NCBI RefSeq assembly: GCF_006345805.1
Contig: NC_042998.1
Span: 170,996,001-171,060,000, forward strand
DNA length: 64,000 bases
DNA from: Octopus sinensis
Lineage: Eukaryota
Reading direction: 5' to 3'
In this document: one piece after another, positions 53,739-64,000 of the stretch
How the letters are laid out: each line of letters opens with the position of its first letter
Position numbering within the stretch: position 1 is the first letter of the stretch
Program-made: the position numbers and the translations under genes
Notes under the pieces: model-generated
Databases searched by the model: none
Seen by the model: only the letters and a program-made list of their open reading frames with translations
What the model was told of the DNA's origin: nothing

Positions 53739-55150
53739 GAGTGAGAGAGCAGTGCATGCTATCAAAGTGACACTGGGGTAAAATATACGAAGCCCAGTAT
53801 ACCCATCATGACTACCTGTCTGATAAGGGTACACTAGGCACATGCATCACAACCATGTGTGCATATCAAGATAAACAGCACATGACCTTGCAGGTGGGAC
53901 CCAGTTAGAATTTTCTTCTGGTCGAGTAACCCACCCCGCTCAAAAGGTCCCTGAATAAGGGTTGTTTAAGGATGTTGAACGAAACACCCATGTTTCCGAA
54001 GGTGAATTATTCAAACCCCAAAGAATCCCTCTCAACACATGGCTATGATGCTCCCCCACTACTTCTGCTTGTGATCAGAGATGCACATATCATCAGCCAC
54101 TAAGGGACATGGTCAACTGGTTATGGTCAAACAACTGACAAGCAAATCTGTGGTATTGAGCAGAATATTTGCTGTAGCCCATCTTTTATGCCAAGACAAA
54201 ACAATGTCTGTGAATATATTCCTTCTTAGCCAGGACTGGGCAGCCAGAGATAATATGATTTATTGTTTCTTGTCCATCTCCACATATTCTGCAGTTACTT
54301 GTTATATTTCTTTTCATTACATGTTTTTGGTAATTTCTGGTGGGGAGGCTTTGGTCTTGTGCTGCAATTAAAAATCCCTCTGTCTCTGCTTTGAGTCCTG
54401 AGCTTCTCAACCATTGCTGGGATTTTTCTTTGTGTATTTCTTTTGTGTTTAGTTTAGTCCAGTATTTACCATGAAGGGGCTTTTCTTGCCATCGTTTTAT
54501 CATGGTTCTTTGCTGTTCTAGTTTTAGTTTGTATTTCATTTGTTTTATAGCTTTTGTTTCTTCTTCTTCTTCTTCTTCTTCTTCTTCTTCTTCTTCTTCT
54601 TCTTCTTCTTCTTCTTCTTCTTCTCTTCTTCTTCTTCTTCTTCTTCTTCTTCTTCTTCTTCTTCTTCTTCTTCTTCTTCTTCTTCTTCTTCTTCTTCTTC
54701 TTCATATTTGTTAGGTGGTATGATTTCTTGTTTGTATTTGTCAGCTTCCTTAAATACTGAGAACAGTTTTCTGTTTTGCTCGTGTTTTGCCGCTATTTGT
54801 ATCAGTTTTCCTTCCTTCTGAAGTAGATATTTTTGCAGTCCTATGGTGGTTATTTTATAGTAGTTTTCCAGCTGTATAAGGCCTCTACCACCTTCTATAC
54901 GTTGTATATATAGTCTTTCTATGTCAGATTTTGGGTGATGCATCCTAGATGCTGTCATTATTTTTCTTGTTTTCCTATCTATTTTGGTCAGTTCATTTAG
55001 TGTCCAGTTAAGGATATTGTAGCTGTAACTTATAACTGGGACAGCTAAAGTGTTAATACCTATTATCTTGTTTTTAGCATTGAGCTTTGTTTTTAGTATT
55101 GATCTAACTCGTCTATAATATTCTTTTTTTATTTTCTCTTTCATTTGTGT
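52897..55150 (-). mobile_element. R4/Dong-like non-LTR retrotransposon (RT thumb, CCHC finger, RLE), rearranged
   Basis: ERLYIQRIEGGRGL, KPLHG, AAQDQSL, CRIC..ETINHIISGCPVLA, NKPDII..CLLIDMSIP; bounded by (TAT)n. Confidence 0.88.
54559..54703. repeat. (TTC)n microsatellite inside the R4-like ORF
   Basis: Direct inspection; one internal phase slip. Confidence 0.95.
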
Positions 55151-55156
55151 GTGTTG

Positions 55157-55211
<55 letters not shown>

Positions 55212-55365
55212 TAGTTTTATTTTTATAGCGTGCTTTCACTTCACTACAGAGCGCTGATCTGTGTGCCTTGGGTATGTGCTGTGATTTGTTGTGATGCTCT
55301 GATGGTTATTGTATGGAAAGTGTTCTGCGTAGGATGTGTGCATCCTATTATTATTATTATTATTA

Positions 55366-55433
<68 letters not shown>

Positions 55434-55812
55434 TATATCTAAGATAAAAGAATCTATATGTTACACCTCGAAATTTGACCAGCATGAGCATAAGTCTACT
55501 TGCTCAGTGTTGTCTAGACTGTAAAAGAGCAACAACAAACAACACAACAACAATTTCAATTACAATGATGAAGACAACAATAACAACAATAGCAGCAGCA
55601 GCTACAATATGGAAAGATAATTGTTACATAATAGCATGAAATAAAATACAATAAAATAAAATTAGATATCTTTTAAATAAAATAAAATTTAACATCTTAT
55701 TAGTCAATTGTATTTTGATAAGAGTTACTTTAGAGTTGGTCACACTTTCAAGGTTAGAAGATAATGAAAATATTTATAGAAACCAGCTGTCATTTCTCAC
55801 AGATTTTTACCT

Positions 55813-55869
55813 TATAAAATACTTGCCTTTCTGCAAAATCTCATCAAAGATTTTCTGAAGAAATTTCAG
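55813..55869 (+). promoter_or_regulatory. Putative TATA promoter and short non-coding first exon of the secreted Cys-rich gene
   Basis: TATAAAA at 55813-55819, a TCA initiator-like site 30 nt downstream (A at 55843), then donor CAG|gtatgt at 55869/55870. Confidence 0.5.
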
Positions 55870-57641
55870 GTATGTAACAATTCTGACTTTGGTAACAGGC
55901 CTCTTCACACTTAGAGAGAAACAAAATGGAAATATTTGTTTCATTTTTGTTAAATAACCACAACGATTATTGTCATTATTTTCAGAGACATTATCATCTC
56001 GTCGTCATCGTCGTTGTCGTCGTCATCGTCGTCATCGTCATCATCATCATCATCATCATCATCATCGTCATCGTCATCGTCATAATCATCATCATCATCA
56101 TCATCATCACTTTAACTTTCTCCTGTAACATGACGATATGCATTTAACATAACTGTTGAATTATAGCACTTTATATTGATGCATTGTTCGAGGACAATAT
56201 ATGTGTGGGACAACATGTATATATGATAACATATCTGTGGGAGAGTTGATCAACAGCCATATGGGCTCGTAGGACAACAAAGTAACAACATAGTATAACT
56301 GTAGGACAAGATATCGGCAGGACAGCATGTCTATACCAGGTTTGTTTTGAGACTAGATCAACATATATGTAGGAAATAACCTGAATGTAAGTGCTAAAGA
56401 TAGAAATGATTAGCATTGGGAATGATTTAAAAAAACATGCAAATATATAACCAAAACTACAAGACTTTGAAATATTGATTTCAAATTTTGGCACAAGGCC
56501 AGTAATTTTTGGCGGAAGGGATAAGACAATTATAGTGACCCCAGTATTCAACTGGTACTTATTTTATCAACCTTGAAAGGATGTAAGGCAAAGTTGACCT
56601 TGGTAGAACATAAAGATGAACCAAATGCCTCTAAGCAGTTTGTCCAGAGTTCTAACAATTCTGCCAGCTTGTTGCCTTACAAGATTTAGAAATATTCACT
56701 ACAAGGCACTGCTCATATATCGTACAGATGACTTTTAATGCAATAAAAAGTATAAAATCAAAACAAAACACTGCACATACCCATGACCCACAGAGTCATC
56801 ATCATCATCATCATCATCGTCTGCTTTCCATGCTAGCATGGGTTGGACGATTTGACTGAGGGCTGGTGAACCAGATGGCTGCACCAGGCTCCAATCTTGA
56901 TCTGGCAGAGTTTCTACAGCTGGATGCCCTTCCTAATGCATGGGTGCACTTATGTAGCACTGGCACCAGTGCATTTTACATAGCACCAGCACCTGTAAAG
57001 GATAAGCCTGTAGGTAAGGATGACAGTGAATTGTACTTGGCTTGACGTGTTTTCTCAAGCACTGTTAATCACCAAAACTCCCAGTTCCTTGTCTTTTCCA
57101 CAGTGAGGCCCAGCATCTGAAGATCCTTTCTCAACACTTTGTCCCATGACTTTCTGGGTTGGCTCTTCTACAATTAGAGCTCTGCACTTCTTTACACAAC
57201 TGTCTTCATTTATATGCATCATACGACTACACTAACAGTTTTCTCTCTTGTACACAACATCTGATGCCTCTTATAACCAGTTTTCCTCTTAAATTCTCTT
57301 TCAGGTTCCATAAAATAAGTACTAGTAAAGTACTTGTGTTGACATAATTGATTTATCCATCCCTTAAAATAACTGAATTTGTGTCAAAATTTGAAACCAT
57401 TATTATTATTATTGTTGTTATTTTATTGTTTGTCACACATCTGTTGTTGTTGATGTAATACTGGTGCCAGCTATCTAGAAGCAGTGGTTTGATGTGGTAC
57501 CCTCAAGAGTGAAGTACTTTTCTAAGTATTCTATAGTAATAATAATAATAATAACGAACTTATTGTATACAGTGCTCAGGTGCACTACAACTCAGAAAAA
57601 AATAACCAAAACAAGCATTTCCGAGGTGTATTGTTTTCTTT

Positions 57642-57778
57642 ACCACCACCGCCACCGCCACTGCCACCGCCACCGCCACTGCCACCGCCGCCACTGCCGC
57701 CGCCGCCACCACCACCACCACCACCACCACTGCCGCCGCCGCCACCACCACCACCACCACCACCACCATCATCATCAT
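57642..57778. repeat. (CCR)n GC-rich trinucleotide repeat
   Basis: Direct inspection. Confidence 0.95.
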
Positions 57779-58564
57779 TAAGGCAGTAAACTGCCAGAAT
57801 TGTTAGCAAACCAGGCAAAATGCTTTGTAGCATTTCATCCATCTGTGTTCAAATTCTGCTGTGGTCAACTTTGCCTTTTTAAGTGGCATCAGCACCTGAA
57901 AGGACAAGCCTGTGGGAGGCAGTGATTTTACTTAGCTGGATGAGACTTATCAAGTACAGCAAATCACCACATTTCTCAGTGAGGCCTAGTGTCCAAAGAT
58001 CCTTATAAAGGGATGAATTAGTAATTCATAAAAAGTGCCACAGATAATTACGTAGAATGAATAAAAATGTATAAAACAATATTTAAAACAAGATATATAT
58101 AATGTTTAAACATTTATTTGTGTTGATAAAGGCCCATCTCCAGTGGACTGGTAATATACAACACTTCATAATGTATCAGAAATTTGTACTAATATTCTGT
58201 GCTTTTTATGCTGTTGCAATGTGACCCCATTTCCTTCTTTATCCATACATCATTTGGAAATTGCCAATTTTTATAAGATCTTTGCTAGTCTTGTGAAGGG
58301 CTGTGAAATTTCATTTATTCAGGGTGAAGGCTGGTTCATCCTCTCAGAAGATGAATTCTTTCATAGTAAAGAGAGTCTCCTCTTCATAGGAGGTGTACCT
58401 TCCCGACTTTTTAACTGCCTTTAAGTCTTTTCTTTATGTTTTTTTGCAACCTCCTCATTATCTGATTATGCTATTAAACTCTTGCAATGCTACCTTAATT
58501 GAAATTGTTTACTTTTTTATTTGTTTACAGGTAATTGGAAATATCTTTTTGACATCATAAAACC

Positions 58565-58631
58565 ATGCTGAACCAAAAGGGAACTCTTTTGTTTGGTCTT
58601 CTTGTACTCTGCTCTGTATTGAGTATAAGCT
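58565..58631 (+). CDS. Signal-peptide exon of a secreted cysteine-rich repeat protein (exon 58531-58631)
   Basis: Acceptor ttttttatttgtttacag at 58530; Kozak-like aaaaccATG; MLNQKGTLLFGLLVLCSVLSIS has a basic n-region, hydrophobic core and small-residue c-region; donor T|gtaagt, phase 1. Confidence 0.78.
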
Positions 58632-60481
58632 GTAAGTATTTTATGAATATAATGAAAGATATTTACTAAAAGTTGTTATTGATGATGATAGTATTGCAGA
58701 GTTATGATCAGAGATTAAGAGCTATGTGTGGTGTATGTTGATGAATAAATTTTTCCCACAAGACTCCAAGGAGCTGATGTTTATTTATGATTTTCATAGC
58801 ATTAAAAAAAATGAGAGAAAAATCTGTCTGGAGTGAATGTCAGGCTATTGTGAGTAGCTTTCCTCTGTTAGGTATTAAAATTGACACTGGATAAAGTGTT
58901 AATTGCACAGTCTGGCAAAGATGTGAAATGAGAGAAAGAGATGTGACTGAATTAGATAAAGCTGTTAGGAGATGATATAAACTTTTTTAGTTTGGTGAGA
59001 AGGAGCTATTGCAGTAGTTGGGTGAATGGCGAATGAAGGCCTCCCAACCAAAGGCACAGTATGGGGTGTGCAGGCTGTTCAGATCATTCAGGTTAGCCAC
59101 TTTATATATATGCATTTACTGTAGTCAAAAAAGCGGTCAGTTTGGTCACCACATTGGGTGCCCAAAATCCATTGCTTCTGTGTATTGTTTCCTTGATAAT
59201 TCTAACACAAAACTTAATTTGGCAGATAAACTTTTGTTAGTGATTGTGGATTATTTCATCCCAGTATTAGATATTTTAATTTCAGCCTGAATAACCGTAT
59301 AACCTTATACAACACAGATAAAGTACATTAAATTATAAACATTTATGTGCAGGATATGTAGAAAAAATATAATGTAGATAACAAAGATAAATTTTAGAAA
59401 GGCAAGCTGGTCACTGAAGATAAAAAAAAAAACACTTGATATCTAATAAAAAGGTAGAATTATTAACCTTAGTTGTATGGAAAGAAACATTAGAATCTGT
59501 TAAGATTTTGATAAACAACAATTTATTCTTTTCATGCACTAAAAATGATAGTTGTCTTACTATGAACAACAAAACGTTGAGGGAATTTTTGTTCTTGGTG
59601 TCGTTGTAGTATCAGATAACGTGTGGTTAGTTGCTTATTGGTTACTGAATTCCGATGTCGTTTGTCCTCCAACTGTCCATTGGTTTTGTGTAGTCAGCTG
59701 CAGGCTGCCATCACTGTTGGCCAACTCCTACAGTGTCAGTCATTGCTTTCTCTGCAACATGCCAAAACTCTCTGTTTAGTGTTCATGATGTACTGACTTT
59801 ATACTGCACAATAAGTTCAAAATGAAGAGTGTGCCAAAACACAAAAAAAAAATCATTGTTGGAGCTTATTTGACATGAAGTAGTGATCAGTCAGATTTTG
59901 TGGATAATGTGGGCAATATGAATTGTGATATCGGGCGATTTGTAGTGATTTGTAGCGATTGCTACAAACCTATCAGGACTAAAAGAATAAAATGTTGGAT
60001 ATTAATAACATAGTTCAAACAACTTTTTGATGCATCAACTTTTTGATACATTTTGAAGATGTCAAAAGTGAAGTGGGACCCAACAGAATTCGAACTTAGA
60101 GAAAGAAAAAAATTAATTAGATACTGTAAAATTGTTACTGTCTTACATCAGGCTAGCTCTATTCAAGTAAACCTATAACCAAAGGTATTTAAACCTTTAC
60201 TGCCTTGATTATCCTGTCTTTTTAGGAATATATGAGACTACATTATTTAGTATGTCCTTTTTTTTTTTAAGATGGTAAGGTATAATTCAAAGAGATTTGG
60301 CTGGTCTTTCTTGGAGGTTAAACATCTACCTAGAGGTTCCCTCAATAATTGTTAGTGTATCTCAAAAACTTCAGCTTCATCTTCAGTTTTTTCGTGACCA
60401 TAAATATTATGAAAAATTTATTCGTGGTTTTGAATGTTACTTTCAAATATTTAACCATTGTTTCTTTTATTTTTGTTCCAG

Positions 60482-60589
60482 TTTCCACATGCACACACAA
60501 AGGTGTTGACCACAAGCAGGGTGCAAAATGGGGAGAAAAATGTGTGAAATTTACCTGTCATAGAAGCCAGGTTAAAGTGGTACAATCTG
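60482..60589 (+). CDS. Secreted Cys-rich protein, module 1 (VWC/FnI-like)
   Basis: Long pyrimidine tract ending ttgttccag; 108-nt phase 1-1 exon; F-STCTHKGVDHKQGAKWGEKCVKFTCHRSQVKVVQS; donor G|gtaagt. Confidence 0.8.
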
Positions 60590-60609
60590 GTAAGTATTTC
60601 ATTTAGCAA

Positions 60610-61902
60610 AGACCAAAGTCTTAGTAAGTAGGAAGGCAGAAAAATCACAAATCCCTTCAGGTAGATGGCCCTGCTTGATCTATAGAAAAGGCATAGGTAG
60701 AAAGTCCCTAAGATGTACCTGGTGTAGGCTATGGACACATAAAAGATGCAACAATATCAAAGGAAGGTTAACTGGGAAGGTAGTTTTTGTGTGTGGTAGC
60801 TGCACGGGGGCAATAAACACTGAAGATGTACAGAAAACAGACTCCATCACATGCTAAAGGTAAAAACTAGTAGTAGTTGACTGCTTCCATTACCTAGGTG
60901 ACCACATCAGTAGTGGGGTTGGATGCTCTGAGAGCATAGCTGCTAGAATAAGAATATTCTGGGCAAAATTTAGAGAGCTCCTAGCTCTGCTGGTAACATA
61001 GGGCCTCTTGCTCAGATTGAAAGGTAGACTGTATGATGCATGTGTGTGAACAGCCATGCTACATGGTGGTGAAACATGAGCTGTGACTGCTGAGGACGTG
61101 TGTAGGCTTGAAAGAAATGAAGCTAGTATGATCCGTTAGATGTGTAATGTCAGTGTGCACACATGACAGAGTGTAAGCACCCTGAGAGAAAAGTTGGACA
61201 CAAGAAACATCAGATGTGGTGTGCAAGAGAGAAAACTGTGCTGGTATGGTCATATGTTGTGTATGGACGAGGACAGCTGAGTGAAGAAGTGTCACACTCT
61301 AACAGTAGAGGGAAGCTGTGGAAGAGGTAGACCAAGGAAGATCTGGGATGAGGTGGTGAAGCACAACCTTCGAATGTTGGGTCTTACAGAAGCAATGACA
61401 AACAACCAAGACCTTTGGAGATTTGCTGTGCTTGAGAAGACCTGTTGAGTCAAGTGAAATTGTAGTCATGGCTGATGCCAGTGCTGCCTGACTGGCACCC
61501 ATGCTGGTGGCACATAAAAGACACCATTTGAGTGTGGCCGATGGCACATTAAATAGCACCATTTGAATGTAGTTGATGTCAGTGCTGCCTGACTGGCTCC
61601 TGTACCAGTGGCACATAAAAAGCACCATTCAAGCATGGTCAATGCCAGTGCTGCCTGACTGACTCCTGTGCCAGTGACACATAAAAAGCACCATTCAAGC
61701 ATGGTCGATGCCAGTGACACATAAAAAGCACACACTACACTCTCAGAGTGGTTAGCATTAGGAAAGGCATCCAGCTGTAGAAACCTTGCCAGATCAGATT
61801 GGAGCCTGGTGCAGCCTCCTGACTCACCAGTCCTCAGTCAAACCGTCAAACCCATGCCAGCATGGAAAGCGGACATTAAATGATGATGATGATGATGATG
61901 AT
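60610..61902 (+). mobile_element. 5'-truncated RTE LINE inside intron 3 of the secreted-protein gene
   Basis: Homologous to 33590-34712; ~60-bp tandem repeats in the 3'UTR; (GAT)n tail. Confidence 0.88.
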
Positions 61903-62399
61903 GTGTGTGTGTGTGTGTAATATTTAATATATATGTAAAATGTAATATATACATGCATATATGTGTGTGCATGTGTGAGTGTGAGTGTGTATGTGTGAGT
62001 GTGTGTGTGTATGTGTGAGTGTGAGTGTATGTGTCATTGTGGTTGAACTGTATTTGTCCCAATCATCATTTGCCAGTCAGTGTTGCTTTGTTTACATCTC
62101 TGTAATGTAGCAGTTAGGCAAAAAGGGACCAATAGAATAAGGACAAGACTTTAAAAAAATATCTACTGGGCTTGATTTGTTCAACTAAACCTTTCAAGAT
62201 GGTGCTCCCTTATGACTGTAGTTCAGCAACTGAAACAAATAAAAGGTAAAAGATAAAAGATAATATCCATGTTATAATATCCACTTGTCCAAGGTGCCAC
62301 TGTGTGGCACTTTGGGCAAGTGTCTTTTACTATAGCCTTGGGCCAACAAAAGCCTTGTGAGTGGATTTGGTAGGTGGAAGCCAAAAGAAGCCCGTCATG

Positions 62400-62446
<47 letters not shown>

Positions 62447-63536
62447 ATTTATGTGTGTGTGAGGCTGTGTTTGTCTCCTCACCATTGTTTGACAACCAAT
62501 GCTGGTATGTTTATGTCCCCGTAACTTAATGGTTCAGCCAAAGAGACTGATAGAATAAGTACTAGGCTTACAAAGAATAAGTCCTGGGGTTGATTTTTTT
62601 CTAAAACCCTTTAAGGCGGTGCTCCAGCATGGCCACAGTCAAATGACTGAATCAAGTATAAGAGTAAAAGAATACTGGTGAAAGAATGTATTGGGGCAAC
62701 AAGGAGTAGAGGCATAACTGTGTAGTTAAGAAATTTGTTTCACAGCCACATGCTTCCAAGCTGGATCTTCCTGCATGTCACCATGGGCAAATGTTTTCCT
62801 TCATAGCCTCAGGTTGACTTTGTGAGTAGAATTTAGTAAACTGTGTGGAAGGACCTTGGTAAATTGGCAGAACTGTTAGAGAAAGTTTATTAAGTATAAC
62901 AAACAAAAGTCATAACAAGTTAATATAAGCTTGAATGCAATTCAGGTGTGTTGGATTAGTTGTCCTTGATATCAATCCTTATGATACAACTTGCTGAAAA
63001 TTCCTTAAGATCCAAATTGGTAACTCATCATCATTATCATCATCATCGTTTCAACATCCACTTTTCCATGCTTGCATGGGTTAGATGGGAGCTTATTGAG
63101 GCAGATGCCCTCCCTGTCACCAATCCTCACCTGTTTCCAAGCAAGGTAATATTTACCCCATGACCTGACCTGTCCTCATAGAATATTGGAATTGAATGAC
63201 ACTGCTTGTATGACAGTGACAATTATTTTACAACTATCATGTGATGTCACAATAAGGGAACACACACACACACACACACACGATAGGCAGGATTGAACCC
63301 AGAACTATGTGGTTGGGAAACAAACTTCTTGCCACACAGTCATGCCTGGCCTGATCTAACAAGCCCCAAATATTTATCCAATGTGTCCTTTCAGTTTTTC
63401 TAAGACAATAGGATGTGATATGACAAAGATTTGGTTGCTCTTTCTAACAGATCTACTGATCATGTAATGATTCCTCATTGGCTTGTGAAATGATGATGTT
63501 GATGTTTATCTTGTACATATGTTTGTGTTTTTTTAG

Positions 63537-63650
63537 CTTGTGATGATGGTGCTATTTGCCGAAATGTTGGCAGTCATTGGACCAAAAACTGTATTGACTA
63601 TACTTGTGTAAATCACAATGGAAAATTAATTGTGAAGAAAGTTACATTAC
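63537..63650 (+). CDS. Secreted Cys-rich protein, module 2; gene continues past the right edge
   Basis: Acceptor gtttttttag; 114-nt phase 1-1 exon; A-CDDGAICRNVGSHWTKNCIDYTCVNHNGKLIVKKVTL; donor C|gtaagt. Shares the GxxWxxxCxx[FY]TC pattern with module 1. Confidence 0.8.
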
Positions 63651-64000
63651 GTAAGTGGATATACTTTTTCAATTCAAATTCTTTCATTACCAATATATTT
63701 CTGGCACACAGAACTCACTAGCAATAGTAACCTTGGTTGTCTATAAGGATAGACATGGTGGTCTTGGACAAGAAATTCACTTTGCAACCACTTGGTTTTG
63801 GATTCAGTCCAACTGTGTGGCACCTTCGACAAATGTCTTCTATAGCTTCAGGCCAACCAATATCTTGTAAGTGAATTTGCAAGATGGTAACTGTGTGGAA
63901 GCTCATCATGTATATCTATCTATCTGTCTGTCTATGTGTTTAATTGTCTGCCTGTCTACCTGCCTGTGTGTGTCTCCCTATCTATCTATCTATCTATCTA

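Noticed and set aside
57580-57789. Poly-proline ORF as the FH1 domain of the delphilin-like formin
   Set aside because: Wrong strand and upstream of the gene; it is a (CCR)n microsatellite whose duplicate at ~51470-51565 has a different motif.
61470-61735. CRISPR-like array of ~60-bp repeats
   Set aside because: Eukaryotic context, no unique spacers and no cas genes; it is a minisatellite in the RTE 3'UTR, also seen at 15115-15350.

Overview
This is AT-rich, microsatellite-dense eukaryotic DNA. The SINE, RTE and Penelope repeat content and the long (TA)n/(CA)n/(TAA)n/(CAT)n arrays suggest a cephalopod (octopus-like) genome; that assignment is inference. Most ORF-track entries are artefacts of simple repeats. 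By reading splice signals I reconstructed two divergently oriented spliced genes. (1) Minus strand, 16570 to beyond the left edge: eight in-phase coding exons of a delphilin/GRID2IP-like protein (PDZ-PDZ-HHD-PDZ-HHD...). (2) Plus strand, largely missed by the ORF track: TATA box and short UTR exon at about 55.8 kb, a signal-peptide exon at 58.6 kb, and two phase-1/phase-1 exons each encoding one 36-38 aa Cys/Trp module; this secreted cysteine-rich repeat protein continues past the right edge. The remainder holds a decayed mitochondrial HSP70 (HSPA9-like) pseudogene, RTE LINEs with a PHD-type finger inside the RT, (TAA)n-associated R4/Dong-like retroelements, Penelope-like remnants with three minimal hammerhead-like motifs, a Gypsy-like LTR element, a solo LTR, three Tc1/mariner-superfamily transposons, MITEs/foldbacks and several tRNA-derived SINE families. 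Exon coordinates were counted by hand; repeat boundaries are approximate.
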